Origin: Octopus vulgaris
Taxonomy: Eukaryota
Direction: 5' to 3'
Assembly (NCBI GenBank): GCA_951406725.2
Contig: OX597827.1
Coordinates: forward strand, 66,836,001-66,900,000
DNA: 64,000 nucleotides
A program made the position numbers and the translations under genes. Positions within the stretch are counted from its first letter, which is position 1, and the number at the start of each line of letters is the position of its first letter. A model generated the notes under the pieces. That model was not told where the DNA came from and searched no databases. It worked only from the letters and a program-made list of their open reading frames with translations. Shown in pieces: positions 12,673 to 25,602 of this stretch.

Positions 12673-13185
12673 ATGATAAAATGTAAAAAAATATATAAGA
12701 AACATCACAAAATAAAAAAACACCAATATGTCTGTTCATGTGACTCTTATATTGATCAAAACGGAAATACTTTCCTGATATTTTATTTTATTTATGATGA
12801 TATGACCTGTGACCATAAATGGTCCGTTCGTGACCAACAATTCTTTCGGTTCAGTAACATCATTTCTTATCTCATTACCCAGTGTCATTGTTTTCTGAAG
12901 ATAGCAGACTTTAATCTGATATATATATATATTCGATTGTAGCTTCTAGCAGAGAAACTGACAATATAATTAATACTTTGTCGGCTCGTATCTCGTCTTT
13001 CTCTCATCATATATCTTAGTTATCATTTGACCCAACATTCCATCTAAAATTCATTACCTTTAGTAAACTTTAGTGTGTTTGCAACGCATCTGCTCTGTGT
13101 TTGTTTCATCTGATCTTTGAATCATGGTATTCAAGTTTTTTTTTCTCTTACTGCCAGGCGTTTCTGAAGATATATAGATCCATAA

Positions 13186-13478
13186 AATTAATTTATATAA
13201 ATGAAGGATAATGGGAATAGGATAGCATCCAATCAACTTCACTGTCATAGAGTTGTTTCTGCTTCAAGAAACAGGGTACAAAGAATTGAGTGTGAGACAT
13301 ATAATAGCTTCATCAGAGCCATTTATCATTTATTAGGAATTGTTATCATTCTTTAATGCATGATTTCTTCATATTAGCTTCAAAATTTGGCACAAGTCCC
13401 GAAACTTTGGAGAAGGGGCTAAGGCGCTTAGATTGATGAAAGGCAAAGTCCTCTAGGTTAAATTGAGCTCAGAACGTA
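13186..13478 (+). repeat. 293-bp direct repeat, copy 1 (copy 2 at 20009-20301)
   Basis: Near-identical from aattaatttatataaatgaagg to gagctcagaacgta. Confidence 0.9.
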
Positions 13479-15110
13479 AAAACGGTCGAAATGCTACTAA
13501 GCCTTTTGTCCGGCGTGCTAATGAATCAGACATCTACTCGCCCTACATGTGTTCATCATATATTCATAATGTACACATGATATTTTGTTGTAGACGCTGC
13601 TGAAATGAGACGGATGTACTGGGAGCAACAAACGGCGGTACCATTCTCTCCCAAATAGCTATAAATTCTTAGTGTAAGAATTTCTTTATAATTCCGCATA
13701 GAAAATAAAGGCAGTTTATGAGAAAAAATAGCGATCAACTTCAAAGGAATTACGGATAATCCTTGTTAGCTTTGTCCTGGGATTCGCAGCTTAAAGTCTG
13801 CACAGAAATATGTATCTGCCATTTCTCTTGTGTATTTGTTTTGCAGAATATTTCATGTGAAATCATGAGCTGAATCAGATGTTGCATCTTGGAAGGCTGT
13901 ATTTGTTATTTGCCAAATGACATTCATACTCGGAAGAAAACCGCATATAAATCGAATAATATAAGATGAAGACAGTACCAGACAAATATTTCTTAGAGAC
14001 ACAAGTATCATCGTCAGATCAACAATATATTCTTTAAGATAATGGATATATTTTATTAAAAATTGGCATAGCATACAGATACTACGTATTTTGATTATGA
14101 TATGGTGCCAATAACTAGACGCGTAAAGTAAATCGGAAGAAATTTCGACTGCTGGATGTTTACCGTTTCGTTTTTGTAATTAAATATTTCACCTTTTATA
14201 TCTAAAACGAGGGGCTGAAAGAATTTTTTAAAGGATAGAATAGAATAACTCCCCTATTTATTCCGACTCCCTGCATTCTCATTTCAAATTATATTTCTTT
14301 GTTTTCAACTTTTCGGTGAATTAGGGCAGACGATTGGCAGAAATGTTAAAGGATCACAAGAAATATTTTCCAGTATTTATTCCCCTACGATGAGCGAGGG
14401 ACCGAGCTGTATCGGCCCAAATTATCGGTCTTTCCCTTGAATAATCAAATGCGACGTAGAAAGAGAAGACCTACATAGAGGGGCAAGTACTAGTTATCCT
14501 TAAAAGATTTTAAGCAGGGCAACACTTATAAAAGTAGATGATTGTTTAAATTTGATTTAATGAAACCCTAGAATGTCGCCTTATGACTCTATTTTCTCTA
14601 AGTTATCTTTTCCTAATTCGGGGCGCAGTCTGAATTTTTGATATTTTCCAAGCAAGTCGTGTGATACGCATTAGCTCTTCTCCGTCCCTCGTTGGATCGA
14701 TATATATTTAGGTACAGAAGTAGCCTATACTGCACGGTTTTTCAATAGCGACCGTTGCCTATTAGCAAATACATTGTCCAATATATCTTTAAAGAATATA
14801 GTAATTTGAGGTAAATTTGAAGGCTTGTTTTTAATTGTTGAAGAGACCACATTGAATTTCTTTCGCTGATCCCCCAGATCTTCGATTCATTGATGCTTCA
14901 TAACGTGCGGAAAATGATATTAAGCATTAAAGCAACAATAAAATCAGAGGATAACCCGTCCTCCACTAAGGAATTGCGTTTCTCCCTCATTCTCTGTCTT
15001 TTCTCCCTTGTACACTTATCATTCTAATAGCAAAAGGAAGAACATTTGGTCTGATATATGGTGAGAGTGAATGCTGAAAATGATTTGGTCAGTTAATATA
15101 CACACGGCTA

Positions 15111-15306
15111 AAGGCGGCGAGCTGGCTGAATTGTAAGCGGCATTACATCCGTCTTTACGTTCTGAGTTCAAATTACGCCGAGGTGAACTTTGCCTTTTAT
15201 CTTTTCGGGGTCGATAAAATAAGTACCAGTCAAATATTGGAGTCTATGTAATTGTCTTTCCCTTCCCTCAAAAACTGCTTGTCCACTGACAAAATTTGAA
15301 ACGAAT
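15111..15306 (+). mobile_element. SINE family A, short older subtype
   Basis: aaggcggcgagctggc, ctgagttcaaatt, ttgcctttt.tcttttcggggtcgataaaataagtaccag. Confidence 0.85.
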
Positions 15307-15848
15307 ATACGTGGAGCTACATAACGCAATTTCTAAACACTTATGACCTTTCATCTCAAATTACGCTAGTGATGAAAATTGACAGAAAAACAGAAACAAA
15401 AAACTTCTGCTGCTGGTTTCTTCACAACTAGAACGAACAAATTTATTTTATAGGTTAACTGAGAGGAGTGAAAATATTCGCGAGTAGAGATTTTCACACA
15501 GAACACACATGCTAACTTTTCGCTTTTTAGACTACGAAATAAACCGGTAGTTCAAGAAATGCAGGTATAAATTAAGAAAATGTGATGTAAGAGGTGTATG
15601 GTGTAAGAAACGAATTTAAAACCAGTGTACAGTAATACTACAAGGCTACCAAAATACTACATTTAGTAACTTACGTACAGAAGTCAAGGAGCTCACATCA
15701 CATTCTGATTCCATTTGCAGGGAACTAAAGTATATGTATACATATACATACACATATACACTTGCACTGACACAAACACACACAGATACACACTCACGCT
15801 AACATACACATACACACACATGCATGTAAATATACATACATATATACG

Positions 15849-15882
<34 letters not shown>

Positions 15883-16118
15883 TACATCGCTATACTAATA
15901 CATTTGTTTGCTTGTACTCCACCTGCCTTCGTCTTTTGTTTATTTTCGTAAACTTTCCCTTTATATTTATATATATATATACATATACATATATACATAC
16001 ATTCATACATACTTATACATACATATATACATATATACATATACATATATATATATATGTATATATATGTATATGTATATATATAAATACATATATACAT
16101 AAATACATACATATATAT

Positions 16119-16195
<77 letters not shown>

Positions 16196-16202
<7 letters not shown>

Positions 16203-16303
16203 AGGAGCTTCTACAGGACTAGAACTGTTTCATTCAAGAGAAATCTTCAGGAAGATTTCTCTTGAATGAAACAGTTCTAGTCCTGTAGAAGCTCCTTCTA
16301 TAT
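16196..16303. repeat. Perfect fold-back inverted repeat, 53-bp arms, 2-nt loop
   Basis: atatagaaggagcttctacagg...aaatcttc ag gaagattt...cctgtagaagctccttctatat. Confidence 0.95.
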
Positions 16304-16376
16304 AATAAATTAATTTTACTCTGCTATGTATTGAGTACCTTATTTACTGTGGTTAACCCCGAATCAACCCGGGACC

Positions 16377-16420
<44 letters not shown>

Positions 16421-16430
16421 ATATATATAC

Positions 16431-16466
<36 letters not shown>

Positions 16467-17484
16467 GTGTGTATGCATGTATATGCATAGACATTCAGTA
16501 TTTATCCGATCTTGTGAAAGAAACAAATATTGCCCCTGATTAAGTAAATACACGACGTCGAGAAAATAAAATACGCGAGTCAATGTACGCATAAAGGCCT
16601 TAAAAAAACAATAAGAATTACAAGAAGTGCTAACAGAGGATACACGCAAAGACACACAGGAAGAAACGTTTATTGTGAATGTATCTATTCCCAAGCGAAT
16701 GTAAATACCAAAGCGTCCCCAGTTCGGTGAAATCCCGGTCTTGACCGGCTCCACAAACTCTCATTCAAAGCGCCCATCTGGTTTTTGTCTATCTGTGTAC
16801 ATAAAAGCGGAATCACTTCAATGCATTCAAACGAGTGGCAGATGGTTCAGGAAGAAGAAAACATTGATTAATTCTTTTAAATCAGATCTATAGATAAATA
16901 AATCACATTTTATTTGATTTTACTACCGTGTAAACGTAAATCTGATGATATGCTTCCTTTCGTTTCGCTTTTATATTTCTATTTTTTTAGTTTCATGTTT
17001 CTTTTTCATTCTCTCTCTCCGGAATTCAATATCTGAGCTTTAAAATAAGATTATCCGATATTTATAATTTCTAATAGAATGCTTCGTTTTATTTTATTTT
17101 ATTTTATTTTATTTACATTTTATTTTATTATTTCAATTTTTTTTTCTTTTGTAAATATTCGACACAGAATGACAATTTACGATATACAACGGGGTTGTTG
17201 GTGCTGATTCTTATTTCTTTCTTCTTTCTTTTTCTTAGAATAAATTCAAGATAAATGCTTTATCTAGAATTAATAATCAATAATCCATTGATAATCCTTA
17301 TAAAACAATCTATCTTCTATGTTGACAAACCAGAGAACAAAAACAAAACACATAAAACAATCGATGTGTTGATTTACTACCGAGTAACTTCAAAATATTT
17401 TATATATGTATTTAACAAATCGTCCTAACTTGTCGCCAGGTTGAGTTTCAACGACGTGTGAATTAATTATTGTTGACGTTGAGA

Positions 17485-17487
<3 letters not shown>

Positions 17488-17548
<61 letters not shown>

Positions 17549-17574
17549 CATTATTATTATTATTATTATTATTA

Positions 17575-17617
<43 letters not shown>

Positions 17618-17631
17618 CATTATTATTATTA

Positions 17632-17699
<68 letters not shown>

Positions 17700-17719
17700 A
17701 TTATCATTACTATTATTAC

Positions 17720-17771
<52 letters not shown>
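17488..17771. repeat. (ATT)n microsatellite
   Basis: Direct reading. Confidence 0.95.
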
Positions 17772-17835
17772 GAGTGAGAGAGCAGTGCATGCCATCAAAG
17801 TGACACAGGTATAAATATACGAAGCCCATTATACA
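17772..17835 (-). mobile_element. Family D element end, interrupted by a family C SINE
   Basis: gagtgagagagcagtgcatgccatcaaagtg matches 19209 and 42480; sequence resumes at about 18222. Confidence 0.75.
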
Positions 17836-17840
17836 GTATA

Positions 17841-18219
17841 GGAGCACTCCGTCGGTTGCGACGATGAGGGTCCCAGCTGATACGATGAACGGAACAGCTT
17901 GCTCGTGATATTAACGTGCAAGTGGCTGAGCACTCCACAGACACGTGTACCCTTAACGTAGTTCTCGAGGAGATTCAGCGTGACACAGAGTGTGACAAGG
18001 CTGGTCCTTTGAAATACAGGTACAAGAGAAACAGGAAGAAAGAGCGAGAGAAAGTTGTGGTGAAAGAGTACAGCAGGGTTCACCACCACCCCTGCCGGAG
18101 CCTCGTGGAGCTTTAGGTGTTTTCGCTCAATAAACACTCACAATGCCCGGTCTGGGAATCGAAATCGCGATCCTCCGACCGCGAGTCCGCTGCCCTAACC
18201 ACTGGGCCATTGCGCCTCC
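17841..18219 (-). mobile_element. tRNA-Arg-like SINE family C, full length, 17-bp TSD
   Basis: Head ggaggcgcaatggcccagtggttagggcagcggactcgcggtc; TSD acgaagcccattataca at 17819-17835 and 18222-18238. Confidence 0.9.
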
Positions 18220-18329
18220 ACACGAAGCCCATTATACACATCCATGACTACTGGGCTAGATGGCCAGGTCTTTCCTCAGGCCAGAGCCGTTTAGCCAGCA
18301 TATTTATCATATGCCGTTGCCACCCCCAG

Positions 18330-18515
18330 CACCACGGTGAGGGGAACGGTTGGACTTTGAAGTGGGAGAAAACTCGAATGGTACAATATCCAAAAAGTCA
18401 CACGGGAATGGACATAGCCAATCGGAAAGAAGCGACCGAGGATAGAACTAGCTGAAAGACACTAATCAATCGAGTAACCGAGAGTCGACGTCGAGTGAGC
18501 GGACAGATAGATAGA
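18330..18515 (+). mobile_element. RTE-clade LINE 3' fragment
   Basis: Translation TGMDIANRKEATEDRTS*KTLINRVTESRRRVSG resembles the RTE/BovB C-terminus; short (GATA) tail. Confidence 0.6.
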
Positions 18516-19084
18516 TGGACCATTCAATACTAATATTGACTTTGTTGGTCATACTTTAAAAGACTTACTGAAATTGTCATCTGTTAGCTCAAGAATCATA
18601 ATCTCCCTTTAAAACATGCTTTAAAATGTCAAAAATATTAACCGGAATGCTGCAGGTTAAAAAAATGCTACTTGCAGACAGATGTTCAAGAAATAACACT
18701 TTCTGATGCTGCTCTTCGAATTTTTCGGAACTGCGGTATTATAAATTATTTACACATGTGTTCGAAATACCGTTGATTATACACACATTTTCCTGTATGA
18801 AATATTGTAATTGGTTCAGTAGTTATGCCGTGCGTTTCATCTTGGTTCTACGGTCCATTAATGTCAGTTAACATAACTATTTCGATAATTAATACGCTAC
18901 TGTCCTTCCGCCAGTAAATTATGTGAGGCGCATTATATGCAATTTAGCAGTCTATAGGTATACTAAAACTCCAAAATGTGTATTTATGATATTTTGCAGC
19001 AGTTCATCGAAGAACCGCAAATTTTCCTTCCGAGAAGAATTCAACTTACTTAGATCTATATAAACAAACATTGGTACATAATCA

Positions 19085-19132
<48 letters not shown>

Positions 19133-19169
19133 CATCATTATCATCATCATCATCATCATCTTCATCATC

Positions 19170-19208
<39 letters not shown>

Positions 19209-19678
19209 GAGTGAGAGAGCAGTGCATGCCATCAAAGTGGCACAGAGGTAAAATATACGAAACCCAGTATACTCATCATGAGTACCCGTCTGATAAGGGC
19301 ACACTAGGCACATGCATCATAACCACATATGCGCGACATGGTGATCTCATATCAAGATAAACAGCCCATGACATTGCAGGTGGGGACCAGATAGAATTTT
19401 CTTCTGGTCGAGTAACCCAACCCACTCAAAAGGTCCCTGAATAAGGGTTGTTTAAGGATGTTGAACGAAACACCCATGTTTCCAGAGGTGAATTATTCAA
19501 AGCCTAAAGAATACCTCTCAACACATGGCTATGATGATCTCCCATTACTTCTGCTCGTGATCAGAGATGCACATATCATCAGCCACTAAGGGAGCTGCTC
19601 AACTGGTTAAGGTGAAACAACTGACAATCAGTTAAGATCAGAAGCCACGAGAACCACTGCCTGGTACTGCATCAGGGC

Positions 19679-19680
<2 letters not shown>
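19209..19680 (-). mobile_element. Family D non-coding element (about 470 bp) embedded in a (TAA)n array
   Basis: Flanked both sides by (ATT)n; one end shared with 17772 and 42480; no ORF and no obvious Pol III boxes; strand inferred from the (AAT)n tail. Confidence 0.75.
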
Positions 19681-19750
<70 letters not shown>

Positions 19751-20008
19751 GATTTATGGTACGGTGAGATGTATTTTCTCATGTGATTTCAATACGGAAG
19801 ATATTTTTGTCATCTGTATTCTAAGTGTTGCGGGTATTCTTTTCACTGTCTCTAAGTACTGATAGCCTGCTCGTCTATCATGAATGTTATTCCATTTTTT
19901 GAACCTTTGAAATCGGCAAAAAATATTGGTTATGTCATGGCAACATGGTTGATTCAACTGACAACAGAATCTCTGGATTTAAGTTCATATTCTGACATAT
20001 TACGTATC

Positions 20009-20301
20009 AATTAATTTATATAAATGAAGGATAATGGGAAAAGGATAGCATCCAATCAACTTCACTGTCATACAGCTGTTTCTGCTTCAAGAAACAGGGT
20101 ACAAAGAATTGAGTGTGAGACATATAATAGCTTCATCAGAGCCATTTATCATTTATTAGGAATTCTTATCATTCTTTAATGCATGATTTCTTCATATTAG
20201 CTTCAAAATTTGACACAAGTTCCAAAACTTTGGAGAAGGGGCTAAGGCGCTTAGATTGATGAAAGGCAAAGTCCTCTAGGTTAAATTGAGCTCAGAACGT
20301 A
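20009..20301 (+). repeat. 293-bp direct repeat, copy 2
   Basis: Matches 13186-13478. Confidence 0.9.
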
Positions 20302-21512
20302 GAATTTACGTATTGCAACCGAGGGGATAAATAAATGAAAAGCTCCAGTCCAGGAATACAATGCTATACGGTTCGGTAGAATGTGTTGATGGCACATGTG
20401 CTAATTGTTTCATTAAATTGATGCTTAAAAGTAATTTAGACACCAACATGATATTTATATTTGTTTCATTCCTTCGCATATTTTTCAAACAATCATACCC
20501 GTTGAGAATTTTAATCTCATAAATACCGAAGCATTTATAGAAAAATTAAGTGAACAGCTCATGTATTATTATTGACTGCGATATAGTTTAAGTCATCTCG
20601 AATTCTCAGTCTATGTCAGTATGACTGATGGCATTTCTCCATGCCAAAGGACATCTTCATATTCTTGATTAATGGGCTTGGCGAAATGAAGGACGCTCTC
20701 AAGTTTGAGATTTTCAGTTTAAAATATTGATCATTCACGATGAGAAAACGGCGAATTAATATGGCTTTCGCTCTTCTGATTTATTATTCCAAATTACCTT
20801 TTTCTATTAATGGCAATCTTCATGGCAGCAAGCGTTATCTGTTGATATTCCTGCAATGTTACAGCTTACATTCAAGATTTCATTGGCGACAACGCAAAAG
20901 CTTCTATCCTTTATTCTGTGTTGCTTAACAAACGTGACGGCGGTGAGCTTCATTAAACATTGTACCAAACTATTATATTTTGAGCATTTTGATTAGGCAA
21001 CCATGTGTTTTACATGTCAGACCAGATCGAAGACAAATTTGTAATCTATCCAAACACAGACAGCTTTATTTAGTGTAACGTCCAATAATCCAAAGAACAT
21101 ATACACTTTCTGCTCCACAGAATATTCATGTCATTATTCCTATTTTTATTCTATTATATGTTTATTTTATTTATTTATATATTCGGAATATTCAATAATT
21201 CCGTTAGACCTTTTCTGGTGATTTGTTAGTTAATTAACACAAACTCATTAATGCTGTAATAGTTAGAGGAAAGACATATGTCATTTCTCTGACATTAATG
21301 TTGTTCAAGCGATATGGAGACAGCCATAAAAATTACCCGGAATCTTTGAGAGAAGGTCCAAGTTAGACGTTGTAGGTTAGATCGCCATATATTAAGTAAC
21401 AAGAAGCATTATTTCAAATACAGTCATTAACAGGAATTTTCCGGTTTCCGAAGCTATTCAATGTACATGGTAACGGTTTGGCGAGACGAATTTCTTTTAA
21501 TGTTTAGTTGCT

Positions 21513-21900
21513 GTTGTTGGAAGCACTCCGTCGGTTACGACGACGAGTGTTCCGGTTGATCCGATCAACGGAACAGCCTGCTCGTGAAATTAACGTGTAA
21601 GTGGCTGAGCACTCCACAGACACGTGCACCCTTAACGTAGTTCTCGGGGATATTCAGCGTGATACAGAGAGTGACAAGGCCGGCCCCTTGAAATACAGGT
21701 ACAACAGAAACAGGAAGTAAGAGTGAGAGAAAGTTGTGGTGAAAGAGTACAGCAGGGATCACCACCATCCCCTGCCGGAGCGTCGTGGAGCTTTTAGGTG
21801 TTTTCGCTCAATAAACACTGACAACGCCTGGTCTGGGAATCGAAACCGCGATCCTATGGCCGCGAGTCCGCTGCCCTAACCACTGGGCCATTGCGCCTCC
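21513..21900 (-). mobile_element. SINE family C, full length, flanked by a 52-bp duplication
   Basis: Co-linear with 17841-18219; (CAA) tail; flanks 21461-21512 and 21903-21954. Confidence 0.9.
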
Positions 21901-22093
21901 ACATGTACATGGTAACAATTTGGCGAGACGAATTTCTTTTAATGTTTAGTTGCTATTATCATTATGAACACTATCATTAATGTTCTGTTGTTATTATCGT
22001 AATAAATTCTTCTAAAATGATATGATTTTTGCTGCACTTTGCTTTGGTTCCAGAACAGGTTTGTAAAATCAATTTGCATTCGTAATTTTCTGC

Positions 22094-22513
22094 AGGCGGC
22101 AGGAGTGGCTGTGTGGTAAGTAGCTTGCTAACCAGCCACATGGTTCCGGGTTCAGTCCCACTCCGTGGCATCTTGGGCAACTGTCTTCTGCTATAGCCCC
22201 GGGCCCACCAATGCCTTGTGGGTGGATTTGGTAGACGGAAACTGAAAGAAGTCTGTCATATATATGTATATATATATGTGTATATGTGTGTGTGTTTGTG
22301 TGGCTGTGTTTGTTCCCCTAGCATTGCTTGACAACCGATGTTGGTGTGTTTACGTCCCCGTCACTTAGCGGTTCGGCAAAAGAGACCGATTGAATAAGTA
22401 CTGGGCTTACAAAGAATGAGTCCCGGGGTCGATTTGCTCGACTAAAGGCGGTGATCCAGCATGGCCGCAGTCAAATGACTGAAACAAGTAAAAGAGAAAG
22501 TAAAAGAGAAAGA
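22094..22513 (+). mobile_element. SINE family B, full length
   Basis: Co-linear with 4806-5224. Confidence 0.9.
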
Positions 22514-22949
22514 GGTTGTGTTCTAATTATCCATTTTACTTTACCTATATTTCGTGAATTTAGTCATCGTGTTTATCAGCTTTCATTTGTTACGTAAAAT
22601 GCCTATTCAGTAATTGAATTTACCATTATTAATAACATTGCAGTTGTTTACAACATGGTATGATACCAAGAGCGTTGAAAAGCGCTGTGTAATATTTATT
22701 CTACCATTTTAGGACATTTCGTCATACAAGTGTGGTCAACTTTTGCTCAGCTTTTCACAGTCGAGAAAATACCAGCCAAGAACTGAGAGCCATAGTTTTG
22801 AATAACCCCACCTGTGCAAAATTAAATTCATTACTATTTTATTATGCTGTTGTTTTTAGAATTGGATGCTTAGCAACTTTTAAACACATACATACATTCA
22901 TGAATACATACATGCATGCATAGATATACATACACAAATATATTCTTCT

Positions 22950-23157
22950 TTATTCTTTTTCTATTCTTTTACTTGTTTCAGTCATTTGACTGCGGCCATG
23001 CTGGAGCACCGCCTTTAATCGAGCAACTCGACCCCGGGACTTATTCTTTTGTAAGCCCAGTACTTATTCTATCGGTCTCTTTTGCCGAACCGCTAAGTAA
23101 CGGGGACATAAACACACCAGCATCGGTTGTCAAGCAATGCTAGCGGGACAAACACAG

Positions 23158-23217
<60 letters not shown>

Positions 23218-23380
23218 GACGGGCTTCTTTCAGTTTCCGTCTACCAAATCCACTCACAAGGCTTTGGTCGGCCCGAGGCTATAGCAGAAGACACTTGCCC
23301 AAGGTGCCACGTAGTGGGACTGAACCCGGAACCATGTGGTTGGTAAACAAGCTACCTACCACACAGCCACTCCTGCGCCT
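22950..23380 (-). mobile_element. SINE family B, full length
   Basis: Reverse complement of family B. Confidence 0.9.
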
Positions 23381-24149
23381 ATACATACATATATATCTTA
23401 GAATGTCTCCTTCTGGTTTTAATTATTTAAATTCTTTCCCTGAGGAATCTTTCTCAGAAAGATACAAAATTTCATCATTGGAATATGAATGACAAAAAGA
23501 ATTTCACATCTTCAACTTGAGAAAAGGTTTGCAAATTTTTTTAATATTTTGTAACGAGTTGATTGATTACTTTTTCTGAAAATCCAAGTTTATCCATAAT
23601 GTTAGACATTTACTCAATAAAATCAACTGCATCAAATATTGTTGGTATAAATGTAAATTTATAATCTGGATAATTTATAATCCTCTTTCTCCTTGATTTT
23701 GTAAGAGATGTTCACATCGGCAGTACAGGTGACCTCTATGAGCTTAACTTGACTGTCCAAAAGAACATGTGGCCTGTTATGTTACTACTTGATAGATGCT
23801 TTCTTAGGAATACTCCACCAACAATCCTTGTGTTCGTCTCTGTGTACGTATTCAATAGCAGAGGGATTCTCTATGTTTATTCCTTTTGTTCTGGGTGTTT
23901 TAGCGACAACCTTGTGTCGTACAGGGTGATAGTAACTTGGTGACATCCTTAGGCAGCTGCTAAACACATGTATGATGGCTTCCGCAGAAATATGACATAA
24001 ACTACATTTTCGGTTGTATGTATATATGTACGTACGTATACATTTTTCAGTTTTATTTCGAGATTTCTTGCGAATAGAGAAAGAACCGGTTTCTAACCTA
24101 GATCCAAAGCTCCTTCATTAGTATTTCAATATCAGCAACAAGATATCTT

Positions 24150-24305
24150 TCTCTCCCTCTTTTTTTCTGTGTCCCTTTCTGTAGAAGAGCGTAAGCTCGA
24201 AACATAAAATACCTCTTCAATTTCCTGAGCGTTATACTAATCCATCTATTTGTTTTATACACCACCTGTCTTCGTCTTTTTTTTTTTCGTGAACTCTCCG
24301 CCTAT
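24150..24305 (+). mobile_element. Penelope-like fragment with decayed U6 hammerhead motif
   Basis: ttt CTGTAGA A GAGC gtaa GCTC GAAAC ATA aaa at about 24176-24209; homologous to 8637-8790. Confidence 0.55.
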
Positions 24306-25361
24306 ATATGTTTGTATACGTACTGATTCCTATGTTTTGTTTTATGTATATCTACTCATGTACGTATGTATGTATGTATATATGTATGTATATATGTTTG
24401 TTTGTTTGTATGTATGTATGTATGTATGTATGTATGTATTCAATCTATAGTGGGTTCGGAAATGGTAAAAATATCAATTGAGGGAATTATAGTTACTTTT
24501 TTCTTCATTAGATTTTGAAGTTTCCTCAACCGATAAGTTATTTGTCGAATTGCAAATGTCCTTCATTTTGACATGGACGTATAGTTCCTTCCTGGTAAAT
24601 ATTTCCCTCCATCGTAGAACACCAAAGCCGTCTTACTCTTTCGTAAAAGCAGCTTGATCATAATAATCTACTTCAATTATCCGTTGCTGTTTTTTGGTGA
24701 AAACAGGCATAATCTAATTACACCATCATATTTCAGCTATTGTGAAGACATCCAAGCAGACACAGTAAGATACTTATATATCTTTCTGAAGAAAAAAAAA
24801 TTGTTTCAATTAGAAAGATAAGTATTGTTTGAAATAAGAACTTCAGAATAATGTAATGCTGGAATTGTTGAGGGTTCGACAATAATTCCTTTACATTAAA
24901 GACAAATTAAAACTCATTAAATTGTCTAGACTTTATATTCATGTTTGCGTAGTTCATTAAATGATGGTAAATGTTTGCTCCGCTATCGGAACAAAAGCAC
25001 AGTTTCATTTAAATACTAGTGTGAACCAATGAGATGAAATCGTTGACGATAGTAAACACAAATTCCATTTCTAATTTCTTATGTACCTAAATGTATATTG
25101 GAACGTTTGTGTGTGTATGCGTGCGTGTGTGTGCGCGTGTGTGCGTTCGTACGTCTGAGTGTATTTGTATGTGTTAATGAAAATTTTAAATTAATTATGG
25201 TATTGATTAAACTAAATACCTTTATATACCTGAAACATATATTATTCTGTACTGCACAATTAAATGTATGAAACCCAATATTCATGCCATACATACCTAC
25301 ACACAAACACACACACACACACACACACATACTCACACACACAAAAACAAACAATCATACA

Positions 25362-25401
<40 letters not shown>

Positions 25402-25555
25402 AGTACAAATAGATACATACACACATGCACACATATATGTGTGTACGTGATTGTGTGTGCGTGCGTGCATGTGTGTGTACGTGTGGACGTGTGCACGTGT
25501 GCACGTGTGAATATACATATGTATCTATGCGTGTGTGGATTTGTGTTTATTTATG

Positions 25556-25602
<47 letters not shown>

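Noticed and set aside
17390-17814. Poly-Ile/Asn/Leu ORFs, and all similar YI/SIYL/HT repeat ORFs in the track
   Set aside because: They are translations of microsatellites in frames that lack stop codons.
13186-20301. LTR retrotransposon bounded by the 293-bp repeats
   Set aside because: No TG...CA ends, PBS, PPT or gag/pol remnants seen.
23400-23710. Possible decayed coding sequence on the minus strand
   Set aside because: Multiple stops and no identifiable domain.
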